The notes under the pieces: model-generated
The model's database searches: none
The model's input: the letters and a program-made list of their open reading frames with translations, nothing else
Told to the model about the DNA's origin: nothing
Origin: Malacoraja senta
Lineage: Eukaryota
Reading direction: 5' to 3'
NCBI GenBank assembly: GCA_038087875.1
Contig: CM075988.1
Span: forward strand, 1,178,001 to 1,242,000
Length of the DNA: 64,000 nt
Program-made: the position numbers and the translations under genes
Shown: piece by piece, positions 50,801 through 59,463 of the stretch
How the letters are laid out: each line of letters opens with the position of its first letter
How positions within the stretch are numbered: position 1 is the stretch's first letter

Positions 50801-53800
50801 GCAGGGGGTATGGAGAGAAAGCAGGTACAGGATACTGAGTTGGATGATCAGCCATGATCATATTGAATGGCGGTGCAGGCTCGAAGGGCCGAATGGCCTA
50901 CTCCTGCACCTATTTTCTATGTTTCTATGTTTACCCCACTAGTCACTGCCTGCCATTCTGAAAGGGACCAGTTAATCCCCGCTCTTTGTTTCCTGTCTGC
51001 CAACCAATTCTCTATCCATGTCAGCACTCTACCCCCAATACCATGTGCCCTAATTTTGCCCACTAATCTCCTACGTGGGACCTTATCAAATGCTTTCTGA
51101 AAGTCCAGGTACACTACATCCACTGGCTCTCCCTTGTCCATTTTCCTAGTTACATCTTCAAAAAATTCCAGAAGATTAGTCAAGCATGATTTCCCCTTCA
51201 TAAATCCATGCTGACTCGGACCGATCCTGTTGCTGCTATCCAAATGTGCGGCTATCTCATCTTTTATAATTGACTCCAGCATCTTCCCCACCTCCGATGT
51301 AAGGCTAACTGGTCTATTTAGTTATCCTGTTTAATCTCTCCCGCCTTTCTTAAAAAGTGGGATAACATTAGCTACCCTATAATCCACAGGAACTGATCCT
51401 GAATCTTTAGAACATTGGAAAATGATCATCAATGCATCCACGATTTCTAGAGCCACTTCCTTACGTTCCCTGGGATGCAAACCATCAGGCCCTGGGGATT
51501 TATCAGCCTTCAGTCCCATCAGTCTACCCAACACCATTTTCTGCCTAATGTGAATTTCCTTCAGTTCCTCTGTCACCCTAGATCCTCTGGCCACTAGTAC
51601 ATCAGGGAGATTGTTTGTGTCCTCCTTAGTGAAGACGGGTCCAAAGTACCTGTTCAACTCATCTGCCATTTCCTTGTTCCCCATAATAAATTCACCCTTT
51701 TCAGTCTTCAAGGGTCCAATTTTGGTCTTAACTAATTTTTTCCTCTTCAAATACCAGAAGAAGCTTTTACTATCCTCCTTTATATTCTTGGCTAGCTTAC
51801 CGTCGTACCTCATCTTTTCTCCCCGTATTGTCTTTTTAGTTATCTTCTGTTGCTCTTTAAAAGTTACCCAATCCTCTGGCTTCCCGCTCATCTTTGCTAT
51901 GTTGTACTTCTTCTCTTTTATTTTTATCCTGTCCCTGACTTCCCAAGTGAGCCACGATCGCCCTTTACTCCCCTTGGAATCTTTCTTCCTCTTTGGAATG
52001 AACTGATCCTGCACCTTCTATATTATTCCCAGAAATACCTGCCATTGTTGTTCCACTGTCATCCCTGCTAGGGTATCTTTCCAGTCAACTTTGGCCAGCT
52101 CCTCCCTCATGGCTCCATAGTCCCCTTTGTTCAACTGTAACACTGACACCTTCGATTTACCCTTCTACCTCTCAAATTGTAGATTAAAACGTATCATATT
52201 ATGGTCACTACCTCGTAATGCAGGGGTGGGCAACCTTGTTCTGCATAGGGGCCAGGATGTAGGTCTGTGAGCGGATGGCGGGCCACATCAATCATGTGTA
52301 CAAATGGATCCCGCCCCCATCCCGCCCAGGATGTCAGGCATCAAATCACATGTTCACATAAATCCCTCCCCTTTGAGGACACCACCCGGAGCACTGGCCT
52401 CTGGTAACGGGCACTCACAAACGTGGCGTACCGACGGACCATTGCCTTGGCTCTGTCCTGAAGGTGGTGACTCAAATATTCACACTCACTCGTCCCCGGC
52501 CTACTGACAACCCTGATCCCGACACAGAAGGTGCGCGGCCGTGCCGGCGGCTTTGCGCAGGATGCGGTACAGCCAGAGCTCGGCGCTCAGCACTGCTCGC
52601 CTCTGCTTGGCTCTCGCCACTGCTCGGCGGCTCCACCATTGCGGCAGCCAGCGCAGACCTCCTTGCGTCCTCTCGCCTGGGCGCCGTGTCCTCAGGCCCG
52701 GGAGGTACCGGAGATGATGGAAGTCTGCGGGCAGGATAATCACTGGGAAAAAAAACCGGCTGCGGGCCAGATGATTTCGGGTTACGGGCCACATTCGGCC
52801 CGGGGGCCATAGGTTGCCGACCCCTATCCTAATGGCACCTTTACCTCGAGTTCTCTTATCTAATCCGGTTCATTACACAACACTAAATCCCAAATTGCCT
52901 TCTCCCTGGTAGGCTCCAGTGCAAGCTGCTCTAAGAATTCATCGCGAAGGCACTCCACAAACTCCCTTTCTTGGGGCCCAGTACCAACCTGATTCTCCCA
53001 GTTTACCTGCATGTTGAAATCTCCCATAACAACCCTAGCTTTACCTTTGCTACATGCCAATTTTAACTCTTGATTCAACTTGCACCCTATATCCAGGCTA
53101 CTGTTTTGGGGGCCTGTAGATAACTCCCATTGGGATCTTCTTACCCGTGCAATTCCTCAGTTCTATCCATACTGACTACATCTCCCGATTCTATGTCACC
53201 CCTCGCAAGAGACTGAATTTCATTCCTCACGAACAGAGCTACCCCACCCCTTCTGCCCACCTGTCTGTTTTTTCGATAGGACGTATACCCTTGAATATTC
53301 AGTTCCCAGACCTGGTCCTCTTGCAGCCATGTCTCTGTAATTCCCACAACATCATACTTGCCAATTTCTAACTGAGCCTCAAGCTCGTCCACTTTATTTC
53401 TTATACTTCGCGCAATCATATACAACACTTTAACTTCGGTATTCACTTCCTCTTTCACACCGGCCACTATTGGCCCTGACCTTACTCTCTTATCCCTTCT
53501 CGAACTTTCCTTCCCATTAATTTGGGAGTCTTTTGTAACTTTTCCTGCACTCACTTACCCTTTAACTCCATCTTTATACTCCCAATTTGTCAATCCCTTC
53601 CCCCCACTATTTAGTTTAAACCCACATGTGGAGCCCTAGCAAACCTGCCTGCCAGAACGTTGGTCCCCCGTCCAGTTAAGGTTTATCCAGTCTCTTTTGT
53701 ACAGGTCACCCCTACCCCAGATGAGATCCCAGTGGTCTATAAAGCTAAATCCTTGCTCCCTGCACCAACCCCCCAGCCACACATTCAGATCCCCTATCTC

Positions 53801-56800
53801 CCTGTTCCTGCCCTTACTAGCACGAGGTACTGGAAGCAATCCAGAGATAACCACCCTAGAAGTCCTGCTCACATGTTTAGTGTATCTCTTCTGTATTTAT
53901 TCCTTCTCTTTCCTATCTGTCAACTAACTTTCTATGCCTGTATGTTACTCCCATTCCCAGGTATTTAAATTTTGCACACTACCGTGTATGCGGGACGTTA
54001 TTACTGATCTTCTGAAGTCTACATCCATCACGTGCATTGGTCCTACCTTGTTGAGTCTAACACTTACATCTCAAAAACTCCCAGGTAGACAAAAATGCTG
54101 GAAAAACTCAGCAGGTGAGGCAGCATCTATGGAGCGAAGGAAATAGGCGACGTTTCGGGTCGAGACCCTTCTTCAGACTGAGTGGGTGAGCGGGAAGAAG
54201 AAAAGAAGAGGTGGAGACAGTGGGCCGTGGGAGAGCTGGGAAGGGGAAGGGGAAAGAAGGAGAAAGCATGGACGACCTGAAATTGGAGAAGTCAATGTTC
54301 ATATCATTGGGGTGTAAACTACCCAAGCAAAATATGAGGTGCTGCTCGTCCAATTTATGGTGGGCCTCACTCTGGCCATGGAGGAGGTCCAGGACAGAAA
54401 GGTCAGATTCGGAATGGGAGGGGGAGTTGCCACCAGGAGATCAGGTTTGTTATTGCGAACCGAGCGGAGGTGTTGGGCGAAGTGATCGCCAAGCCTACGC
54501 TTGGTCTCACCGATGTACAGCAGCTGACACCTAAAGCAGCGGATGCAATAGATGAGGTTGAAGGAGGTGCAGGTGAACCTCTGCCGCACCTGGAAAGGCT
54601 GCTTGGGTCCTTGGATGGAGTCAAGGGGGGAGGTAAAGCGACAAGTGTAGCATTCTCCTGCGGTTGCAAGGGAAAGTGCCAGGAGAGGGGGTGGTTTGGG
54701 TGGGAAGGGACAAATTGACCAGGGAGTTACAGAGCGTTGATTTGTCGAGTGTTAAGTGTGTTTAATCCCATTGACATTTTAAGATTCTTTTAAGAAGCGG
54801 TTTAGTCTGTCGCCAACTCGAGAGACTGCAGTTGGGATTCGTTTGAATGAGAACATTTATAACAATACCAATAATGATGGTAAATTTCAAAACTGAGAAA
54901 CTATAGAAAGCAAAGATGATGACAAAAATCAGTAAAGGACAAAATAGATCAAAATAGCTAGGAATATATAAACAAATAGCAAACCCTCTGGAGATTGCAA
55001 AAAGAGGTTTTCAATACTAATACCACTTGAAACTGAGGCAGAGTCTCAATAAATTGAGCAAGACACAGAGTGCGGAGTAACCAGGTCAGGCAGCATCTGT
55101 GACTGGACTGGAGATGTTTCAGGCTGGGACTGACCTGAAACATTGTCTGTCCATTCCCTCCACAATGAATGTGGCCTGTTCCACTGAGTTACTCCAGCAC
55201 TTTGCATTTGGTCAGGATTAAGACCAATAATGAGGACAGGTACGACCTACATTCCCTTGGCAATATTGTTCCCTTGGGAATAACGACCATACTTCAGACG
55301 ATACCAGGGAGCTGTGCTCTGTATTGAATCTGCAACACACCTGCCCTGCAGGTATCGCTTCAGCAAACACTCACCGTTTCCTCCACCGTCGCTGCCAGCT
55401 GCTTAAACGCCACCGAATCGAAATCCTCCAGATCCTCGGTGAACTGCTTGTTGGTGATGGTGAGGTAACCGTTGTACATCTTCTTGATGCTATTATCCGG
55501 TCGAACTGATGGAGGTGGGAAGGTGGGAGTCAGCAAGTGGGAACTATTCTCATTGGAGATTTCTGCACCGACAAACTTCCATCTACAATACTACAAAAGC
55601 CATCCCTGCATTCACACGGTCATCTGGATATTAATCTCTGCCCAGGATCACTGTGCTCTGAATGTTTAATACCTTCTGGAGGCACTCTGCAGTCTGGATG
55701 TGAAACTGTGGATACTCAGCCCAGTGTGTAAGTGCATCGTGCTCAAGATTATTCCCATTCAGCGTTTGGGGCCAACAATCAGATGGAACACACAAAATAA
55801 ACAACTAAAGGCCCAGGAAGACGCAAGGAGAAACTGCTCTGAGTAGACAAAAGTTACAGTCTCAAACATTTTGCCTTGAGGTGCTGTGGATAGAGGACCA
55901 GGCCGACCCTGCAGGTTAAAAACTCTACATCTATAACACCTGGGAAATAGTGCCAATAATGGGCGACTCTGGACACTGTCTCAGTGTTCCACTGCGCTAC
56001 ACTTGTACTGTATCTGAGATACTTATCTAAGATGTATCTAACTGCTTACATGTAGTGATACTTGTACTGAACTGTATACAAAATGAATTCCTCTTACAAA
56101 TAAAGTACCATTGAAATATAGCGAGATAGACCTGTAAAACAGAGAATCTCTGTACTTAGTTTAGAGATACACCATTGAAACAAATCCTTTAGCCCACCCG
56201 TTCACACTAGTTCTATGTTATCTCACTTTCTCATCCACTCCCTACACACTAGGGGGCAATTTGCAGAGGTCTACAAACCATCATATCCCTGGGATGAATT
56301 CCCGGGTTGTGGAGTAGGGCAATGGGAAGATTGCTCTACAGAAAAAGCACAGCCTTCATGGGCTGAATGGTCTTCATAGATGTAACACTGCCATGCACGT
56401 ACTAGCCCTGACTCTGTGAGATACTTTGAATATTTACCTCTTTTGCAAACATTGTACGCTGTGTATTTTAAGCACAGCTGATAAGCACCCTGTATTTGAG
56501 ATATTTAATGCTTAGGTGGGTGAATTATGCTCAAAACACTTTGAGTTTTGGAATTCTCCATGTGCATCTTTAAGTCACCCAGACAATAGCGGCCTCAGTG
56601 TTAGGACAGCTTGTGTTCCCAGCTGGTGATGATCCTCCCTCTTCACCCACTGCCGTGATCTTATACTCACAATGAAAATGCCAAACCAGCAGCCCAATCA
56701 TCAGGGACAATAATGCCGCTCCAAGTATTAACCCCACGAGTAAAGCCGTCTCCTTCGGGCTGCGCTTCTCCACCTTCTTCTGGTCACTTGCCGGAAGAAA

Positions 56801-56830
56801 CTCCATTTCCTCAGGAATGCCATTGATTTC
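2835..56830 (-). CDS. ST14: Matriptase (suppressor of tumorigenicity 14)-like protease, partial spliced gene, exons 2-17
   Basis: 16 GT-AG exons join in one frame (2173 nt). Domain order is TM, SEA (GSVIA), 2 CUB, 4 LDLRA, then R/IVGG protease with AAHC and DIALL motifs. Four LDLRA repeats distinguish matriptase from TMPRSS6/7, which have three. Orthologue vs paralogue not testable here. Confidence 0.92.
3320..4437 (+). mobile_element. CR1 LINE 3' fragment
   Basis: [33 protein letters not shown] motifs plus 3' UTR. Confidence 0.9.
4645..4828 (-). CDS. ST14: ST14 exon 16 (184 nt): activation site and catalytic His
   Basis: ccacag|ACTGCG...ATCAG|gtaggg; [60 protein letters not shown](R). Confidence 0.96.
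5286..6347 (+). mobile_element. CR1 LINE subfamily A, internally deleted (jumps to 3' UTR at ~6241)
   Basis: SDH end of endonuclease through PEDWRVAN, then directly the 3' tail ending ttttctatgtttcta. Confidence 0.88.
6348..8358 (+). mobile_element. CR1 LINE subfamily B, 5'-truncated
   Basis: RT motifs ([15 protein letters not shown]), 254-aa C-terminal ORF, (gttatatg)n tail. Confidence 0.93.
8415..8540 (-). CDS. ST14: ST14 exon 15 (126 nt): LDLRA 4
   Basis: ccacag|CTGACA...CTGCA|gtaagt; [41 protein letters not shown]. Confidence 0.94.
8573..8831 (+). mobile_element. HE1-type V-SINE
   Basis: tRNA-like head, V-core, ctgtatctctaaactaaac tail; about 30 nt from the exon 15 acceptor. Confidence 0.82.
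9068..9181 (-). CDS. ST14: ST14 exon 14 (114 nt): LDLRA 3
   Basis: tttcag|TATGTG...TGACA|gtgagc; [37 protein letters not shown]. Confidence 0.95.
9478..9585 (-). CDS. ST14: ST14 exon 13 (108 nt): LDLRA 2
   Basis: ctgcag|ACTGCA...TTGTG|gtacgt; [35 protein letters not shown]. Confidence 0.95.
10298..10925 (-). mobile_element. Rex1/Babar- or L2-like LINE 3' fragment
   Basis: [23 protein letters not shown] and [12 protein letters not shown] motifs; tail matches 59860-60110. Confidence 0.72.
11057..11161 (-). CDS. ST14: ST14 exon 12 (105 nt): LDLRA 1
   Basis: ctgcag|CATGCC...CTGTG|gtaggt; [34 protein letters not shown]. Confidence 0.95.
11638..12395 (-). mobile_element. HE1-type V-SINE expanded by an internal minisatellite
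   Basis: SINE tail at 11638-11700, core and head at 12240-12395. Confidence 0.75.
11703..12092. repeat. 33-bp minisatellite (cccagtgacactatccccgcacactaccactat)n with shorter variants
   Basis: Direct tandem copies; 11-aa periodic ORFs ([11 protein letters not shown]). Confidence 0.92.
12707..12837 (-). CDS. ST14: ST14 exon 11 (131 nt): CUB2 end
   Basis: tttcag|GATCTG...TAAAC|gtaagt; [43 protein letters not shown](P). Confidence 0.93.
13300..13587 (+). mobile_element. HE1-type V-SINE
   Basis: Head, V-core and taaactaaactaaac tail. Confidence 0.82.
16288..17032 (+). mobile_element. Rex1-like 3' tail (16288-16382) followed by CR1 subfamily C 3' fragment
   Basis: Tail nearly identical to 39095-39188; CR1 motifs [12 protein letters not shown] and FFSQRVV.LWNSLP. 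Confidence 0.85.
17246..18010 (+). mobile_element. CR1 LINE subfamily B 3' fragment
   Basis: Uninterrupted C-terminal ORF2 frame plus (gttatatg)n tail. Confidence 0.92.
18134..18528 (+). mobile_element. CR1 LINE subfamily A 3' end
   Basis: [18 protein letters not shown]...GEKAGTGY* plus (tctatgta)n tail. Confidence 0.9.
18673..19208 (+). mobile_element. HE1-type SINE interrupted by a CR1 3' end (~18781-18998)
   Basis: SINE ...ggagtttgta resumes as tacgttctccccgtgacc after the CR1 tail. Confidence 0.8.
20055..21183 (+). mobile_element. Penelope-like element 3' part, partial tandem (pseudo-LTR) arrangement
   Basis: GIY-YIG endonuclease remnants ([26 protein letters not shown]); 3' end present twice. 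Confidence 0.85.
21886..22279 (+). mobile_element. Non-autonomous Helitron
   Basis: A|TC 5' end, CTAG|T 3' end, hairpin CAGACCC-aat-GGGTCTG at 22251-22267, no TSD. Confidence 0.75.
22394..22863 (-). mobile_element. CR1 LINE subfamily B 3' end, flanked by (AC)n/(AT)n microsatellites
   Basis: Reverse complement of 17520-18000. Confidence 0.92.
24470..26260 (+). mobile_element. CR1 LINE subfamily C fragment containing a MITE
   Basis: Frameshifted RT motifs; sequence resumes exactly after 26178. Confidence 0.88.
25469..26175. mobile_element. PIF/Harbinger-like MITE
   Basis: TIRs tgggcctgccccacttagg / cctaagtgggacaggtcta; TAA duplicated at 25466-25468 and 26176-26178. Confidence 0.85.
27222..27309. 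repeat. 22-bp tandem repeat x4 (ccagtgcccctcactgtcccag)
   Basis: Direct reading. Confidence 0.9.
27775..27980. repeat. ~20-bp C-rich minisatellite (ccccccatcccagaccacgg)n beside the exon 10 donor
   Basis: About 10 imperfect copies. Confidence 0.88.
28025..28128 (-). CDS. ST14: ST14 exon 10 (104 nt): CUB2 middle
   Basis: cctcag|GTGGAT...CGGAG|gtgagt; [34 protein letters not shown](R). Confidence 0.93.
28320..28928. repeat. Unclassified GC/CpG-rich interspersed repeat, copy 2
   Basis: Colinear similarity to 1077-1708. Confidence 0.7.
29799..30116. mobile_element. PIF/Harbinger-like MITE with ~45-bp TIRs
   Basis: agccctgtcccatggtacgttcattccaagagctctcctgagttt ... aaactcgggagagctcttggaatgaactcgtaccgtgggacagggct; TAA on both sides. 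Confidence 0.88.
31775..31869 (-). CDS. ST14: ST14 exon 9 (95 nt): CUB2 start
   Basis: ccacag|AGTGCA...TGAAG|gtaagt; [31 protein letters not shown]. Confidence 0.93.
31928..32005. repeat. 15-bp tandem repeat x5 (gcagcctcccagcag)
   Basis: Direct reading; about 60 nt upstream of the exon 9 acceptor. Confidence 0.92.
33488..35116 (-). mobile_element. CR1 LINE subfamily B, 5'-truncated, inserted at the exon 8 donor
   Basis: RT ORFs of 205 and 301 aa; highly similar to 6746-8358; GTAAGT on both flanks. Confidence 0.94.
35123..35262 (-). CDS. ST14: ST14 exon 8 (140 nt): CUB1 second part
   Basis: gtacag|GCGCTG...AAAAC|gtaagt; [46 protein letters not shown]. Confidence 0.94.
36199..36433 (-). CDS. 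ST14: ST14 exon 7 (235 nt): CUB1 first part
   Basis: ccacag|ACACCT...CACACA|gtaagt; [77 protein letters not shown]. Confidence 0.94.
36627..36662 (-). CDS. ST14: ST14 exon 6 (36-nt micro-exon): SEA-CUB1 linker
   Basis: tgtttccag|GTGCTG...GGACC|gtaagt; phase 1-1, (S)[11 protein letters not shown](H). Confidence 0.85.
36996..37187. mobile_element. Short Harbinger-like MITE nested in an HE1 SINE (~36850-37212)
   Basis: agggcctatcccacttg ... caagtgggacaggactt; TCA/TTA flanks; host SINE gatagtg(tta)gtgtgcgggg rejoins. Confidence 0.75.
38002..39205 (+). mobile_element. Rex1/Babar-type LINE, 5'-truncated, inserted into a Penelope fragment (37840-38001 and 39206-39530)
   Basis: [44 protein letters not shown] motifs; cattat on both flanks. 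Confidence 0.85.
40590..40892 (-). mobile_element. HE1-type V-SINE
   Basis: Full head, core and tail in reverse orientation. Confidence 0.82.
41057..41217 (-). CDS. ST14: ST14 exon 5 (161 nt): SEA domain with G/SVIA autocleavage motif
   Basis: ccacag|TGAAGG...TGACA|gtaagt; [53 protein letters not shown]. Confidence 0.93.
42297..42746 (-). mobile_element. 5'-truncated L1-type LINE 3' end
   Basis: Perfect 16-bp TSD catatccagtatttcc (42281-42296, 42747-42762); ORF end [41 protein letters not shown] and A-rich tail. Confidence 0.82.
43665..44012 (+). mobile_element. CR1 LINE 3' end
   Basis: [15 protein letters not shown] motifs plus 3' UTR. Confidence 0.85.
44435..45170. repeat. ~740-bp compound (GA)n/(GAGACA)n microsatellite
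   Basis: Direct reading. Confidence 0.97.
45736..45806 (-). CDS. ST14: ST14 exon 4 (71 nt): SEA domain
   Basis: tgacag|CTTCTG...TTCAG|gtaggt; [23 protein letters not shown](S); phases fit exons 3 and 5. Confidence 0.9.
47850..50930 (+). mobile_element. Near-complete CR1 subfamily A ORF2 (APE plus RT, frameshifted)
   Basis: [26 protein letters not shown] motifs, 3' tail. Confidence 0.93.
52221..52826. mobile_element. hAT-superfamily MITE
   Basis: TIRs CAGGGGTGGGCAACCT / AGGTTGCCGACCCCTA; 8-bp TSD tcgtaatg / tcctaatg. Confidence 0.87.
54084..54729 (-). mobile_element. Penelope-like element 3' part (GIY-YIG)
   Basis: [33 protein letters not shown]. Confidence 0.88.
54149..54176 (-). ncRNA. 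Minimal hammerhead ribozyme core (Penelope-associated), activity unproven
   Basis: CUGAAGA-AGGGUCUCGACCC-GAAA-CGUC on the minus strand; helix I weak. Confidence 0.6.
55375..55505 (-). CDS. ST14: ST14 exon 3 (131 nt): SEA domain start
   Basis: catcag|TTCGAC...AAACG|gtgagt; [43 protein letters not shown]. Confidence 0.92.
56671..56830 (-). CDS. ST14: ST14 exon 2 (160 nt): cytoplasmic tail and transmembrane anchor
   Basis: ctgcag|GAAATC...CATT|gtgagt; [53 protein letters not shown]. Confidence 0.93.
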
Positions 56831-57124
56831 CTGCAGAAAGCCAGAAGATGCAGATATCATTGTTTTACCCCCAATCAACCCCTCATTCCCCCCGCCTTCC
56901 ACTGCATCAATGCTGAGTTTCCGCAACCGAGACTAACATGGGATTAACGAGGCAGAGACGGCATGAAGACAAGTGCCCATGGAGACCCAATGGTGGGAAA
57001 TGGTTGGTTTGGAGCAAGGTGGAAAAAGTGGCAAGATTAATAAACTTGCAGAATGAAACTCTAATTAAATATATTATATTATCAATAAATACATTTGGTA
57101 GATCATAATGAAAAGAATAAGAAA

Positions 57125-57676
57125 ATTATATTGTCGAGTTGGAAAGAGTACCGAAAAAATTTACGAGGACGTTGCCAAGACTCAAGGGTCTGAGCTACAG
57201 GGAGAGGTTGAACAGGCTGTGACTCTATGCCTTGGAGCACAGGAGGATGAGGGATGATCTTATAGAGGTGTATTAAATCATGAGAGCAATAGATCGGGTA
57301 GATGCACAGACTCTTGTCCAGAGTAGGGGAATCGAGGACCAGAGGGCATAGATTTAAGGTGAAGATTAAAAGATTTAATAGGAACGTGAGGGGTATATTT
57401 TTCACACAAAGGGTGGTGGGTGTCTGGAACGAGGTGCCAGAGGAGGCAGGTACTATCACAATGTTTAAGAAACAAATAGACAGGTACATGGAAATGACAG
57501 GTTAAGAGAGAAGCGACTTTGAGTCCTGAAAAGCGCTATATAAATAAAATGTATTATTATTATTATTATATGGGCCGAACATGGGAAGTTGGGACTAATG
57601 TAAATGAGACATGTTGGTCAGTGTGGGCAAGTTGGACCGAAGGGCCTGTTTCCAGGCTGTAAGACTCTATAACTAT
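57125..57676 (+). mobile_element. CR1 LINE 3' fragment with a short L2-type tail inserted (~57510-57569)
   Basis: FFTQRVVGVWNE motif; gaaaagcgctatataaataaaatg(tat)n insert. Confidence 0.78.
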
Positions 57677-57937
57677 GTCTTGCTAAGAAAGTGGGATCTA
57701 AAGGAACGGAGGGATCTGGGAATACTGAGATAAATCTCAAACACATCAGAGATTAATAAGGTTGTACAAAACCCGAGAGCACTCTGGCTAGCCTCTGTAG
57801 AAAATAATTAAAAACAGAAATTATGGAAAGTTTCTCTTGATCTTTGGAGAGTTAATGCTCACCGCACCATTACTGACAAGTCAGGGGACGGCTGTGATTC
57901 AGATAGGGCAGGCTTGTAACGTGCAGAAACATCTAAG

Positions 57938-58222
57938 AGATAGAGCACGGAAACAGGCCCTTAGGCCCACCGACCAGCAATCCCCGCACATTAACACTAT
58001 CCTACACACACTAGGGACATTTTACATTTATACCAAGCCAATTAACCTACAAACCTGCACATCTTTGGAGTGTGGGAGGAAACCGAAGATCTCAGAGAAA
58101 ACCCACGCAGTCACGGGGAGAACGCACAAACTTCATACAGACAGCAGCCATAGTCGGGATTGAACCCGGGTCTCTGGCCCTTTAAGCGCTGAAAGGCAGC
58201 AACTCGACCGTTGCGCCACCGT
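57938..58222 (-). mobile_element. HE1-type V-SINE
   Basis: Reverse head and core. Confidence 0.82.
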
Positions 58223-59189
58223 GGTTGGTTTATTATTGTCACGGGTACAGAGATACAGCAAAGTACTGTTCTGTATATTATCCAGTTAAATCATGAGTGC
58301 ATCAGGTAACACACAAGCAAAATAAACAGTGCAAAATATCATTTTAGAGCTACAGAGAAAGGGCAGATTTTTTTTTACAATGAGGTAGACTGGAACATCT
58401 GGAATTCCTCCTTCCCATATGAGGTCCGTTCTTAGTCTGACAACAGTGGGGGAAAAGTTATCACTGGATCTGGTGGCACATGCTTACAGGCTGTTGCATC
58501 TTCTGGCGATGGAGAGTCGAGAGTGACCGAGAGAGTGAGCAATCCTTGATTATGCTGGCCGTTCTCCCGAGACAGTGTGATGCCTCAATCTGGCAATGGA
58601 GGAGGCCCAGGACAGATTGTTCCGTAAAGGAACTCCCCAGATGCTGCCTGACCCGCTGAGTTCCTCCAGCTCCTTGTTTATCGCTCAAGCTTGCAACATC
58701 TGCAGTCTCATGTGTCTCCACCTGAAATGTTGCTTCTTCAATGAACTACGGTACCTTGGTCAAGCAACTCTCCTAGTTCCTTCCTCCCTCCATTTTTGGA
58801 GAAAGGAGTTACATTTCCTATTTTCAAATTTATGTGGAGCCATTTTGGCGAGTTAAACCAACGCATCCCCTATCTCACTAAGAATTGTAACACTCTGGGT
58901 TGAACTTCATCAAGACCCAGAGAGTTGTCAGCCTGAAACTCCAACAATTAGCTCCATACCCCAATTCCCCCAACGCCCCCCAGTACCTCTGTCCCTTCCC
59001 ATTTCTAATTTCCTGAAAGTTCTGGAGGAACACCTGCATCTTCTACAGTGAAGTCCAAGGCAAAATACCTGCTCAAATCAACTGATATCTCCTTATATTC
59101 TGGTATTAATTCCCCAAACTTGTTTTCCATAGGAACAACCTGGAAAACGTAGATTTTTCAACATCTCCAGAAATCTCACTATGTCCCTG

Positions 59190-59463
59190 TGTAGGAAGGA
59201 ACTGCAGATGCTGGTTTAAACCAAAGACACAAAAAGCTGAAGTAACTCAGCAGGACAGGCAGCATCTCTGGAAAAAAGGAATAGGTGACATTTTGGGTCA
59301 AGATCCTTCTGCAGACACCCATGGCCCGGGCATTAGGAGTCGCTTGCTCTATGGGACTGAGCTAACAGGTTGAGCTATTGAGTCTGAAGAAGGGTTTTAA
59401 CCTGAAATATCACCTATTCCTTTTCCCCAGAGATGCTGTCTGACCTGCTGAGTTACTCCAGCT
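59190..59463. mobile_element. Palindromic short element related to Penelope termini
   Basis: Inverted arms ~59234-59316 and ~59382-59463 resemble the 3' end of the Penelope copies. Confidence 0.7.

Larger units (their letters stand above)
46832..53868 (-). mobile_element. Long CR1 subfamily C copy (ORF1 esterase end, endonuclease, RT, 3' UTR) split by nested insertions
   Basis: ORF1 SGNH-like segment [10 protein letters not shown]...[16 protein letters not shown] motifs ARSIRNK and GITETWL; host rejoins across 47849/50932 and 52220/52827. Confidence 0.88.

Noticed and set aside
47770..50838. Active autonomous CR1
   Set aside because: Multiple frameshifts and stops, no ORF1, and an internal inverted insertion
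2835..56830. Assignment to TMPRSS6 or TMPRSS7
   Set aside because: Four LDLRA exons and the EFLP...KKVEK cytoplasmic motif fit matriptase
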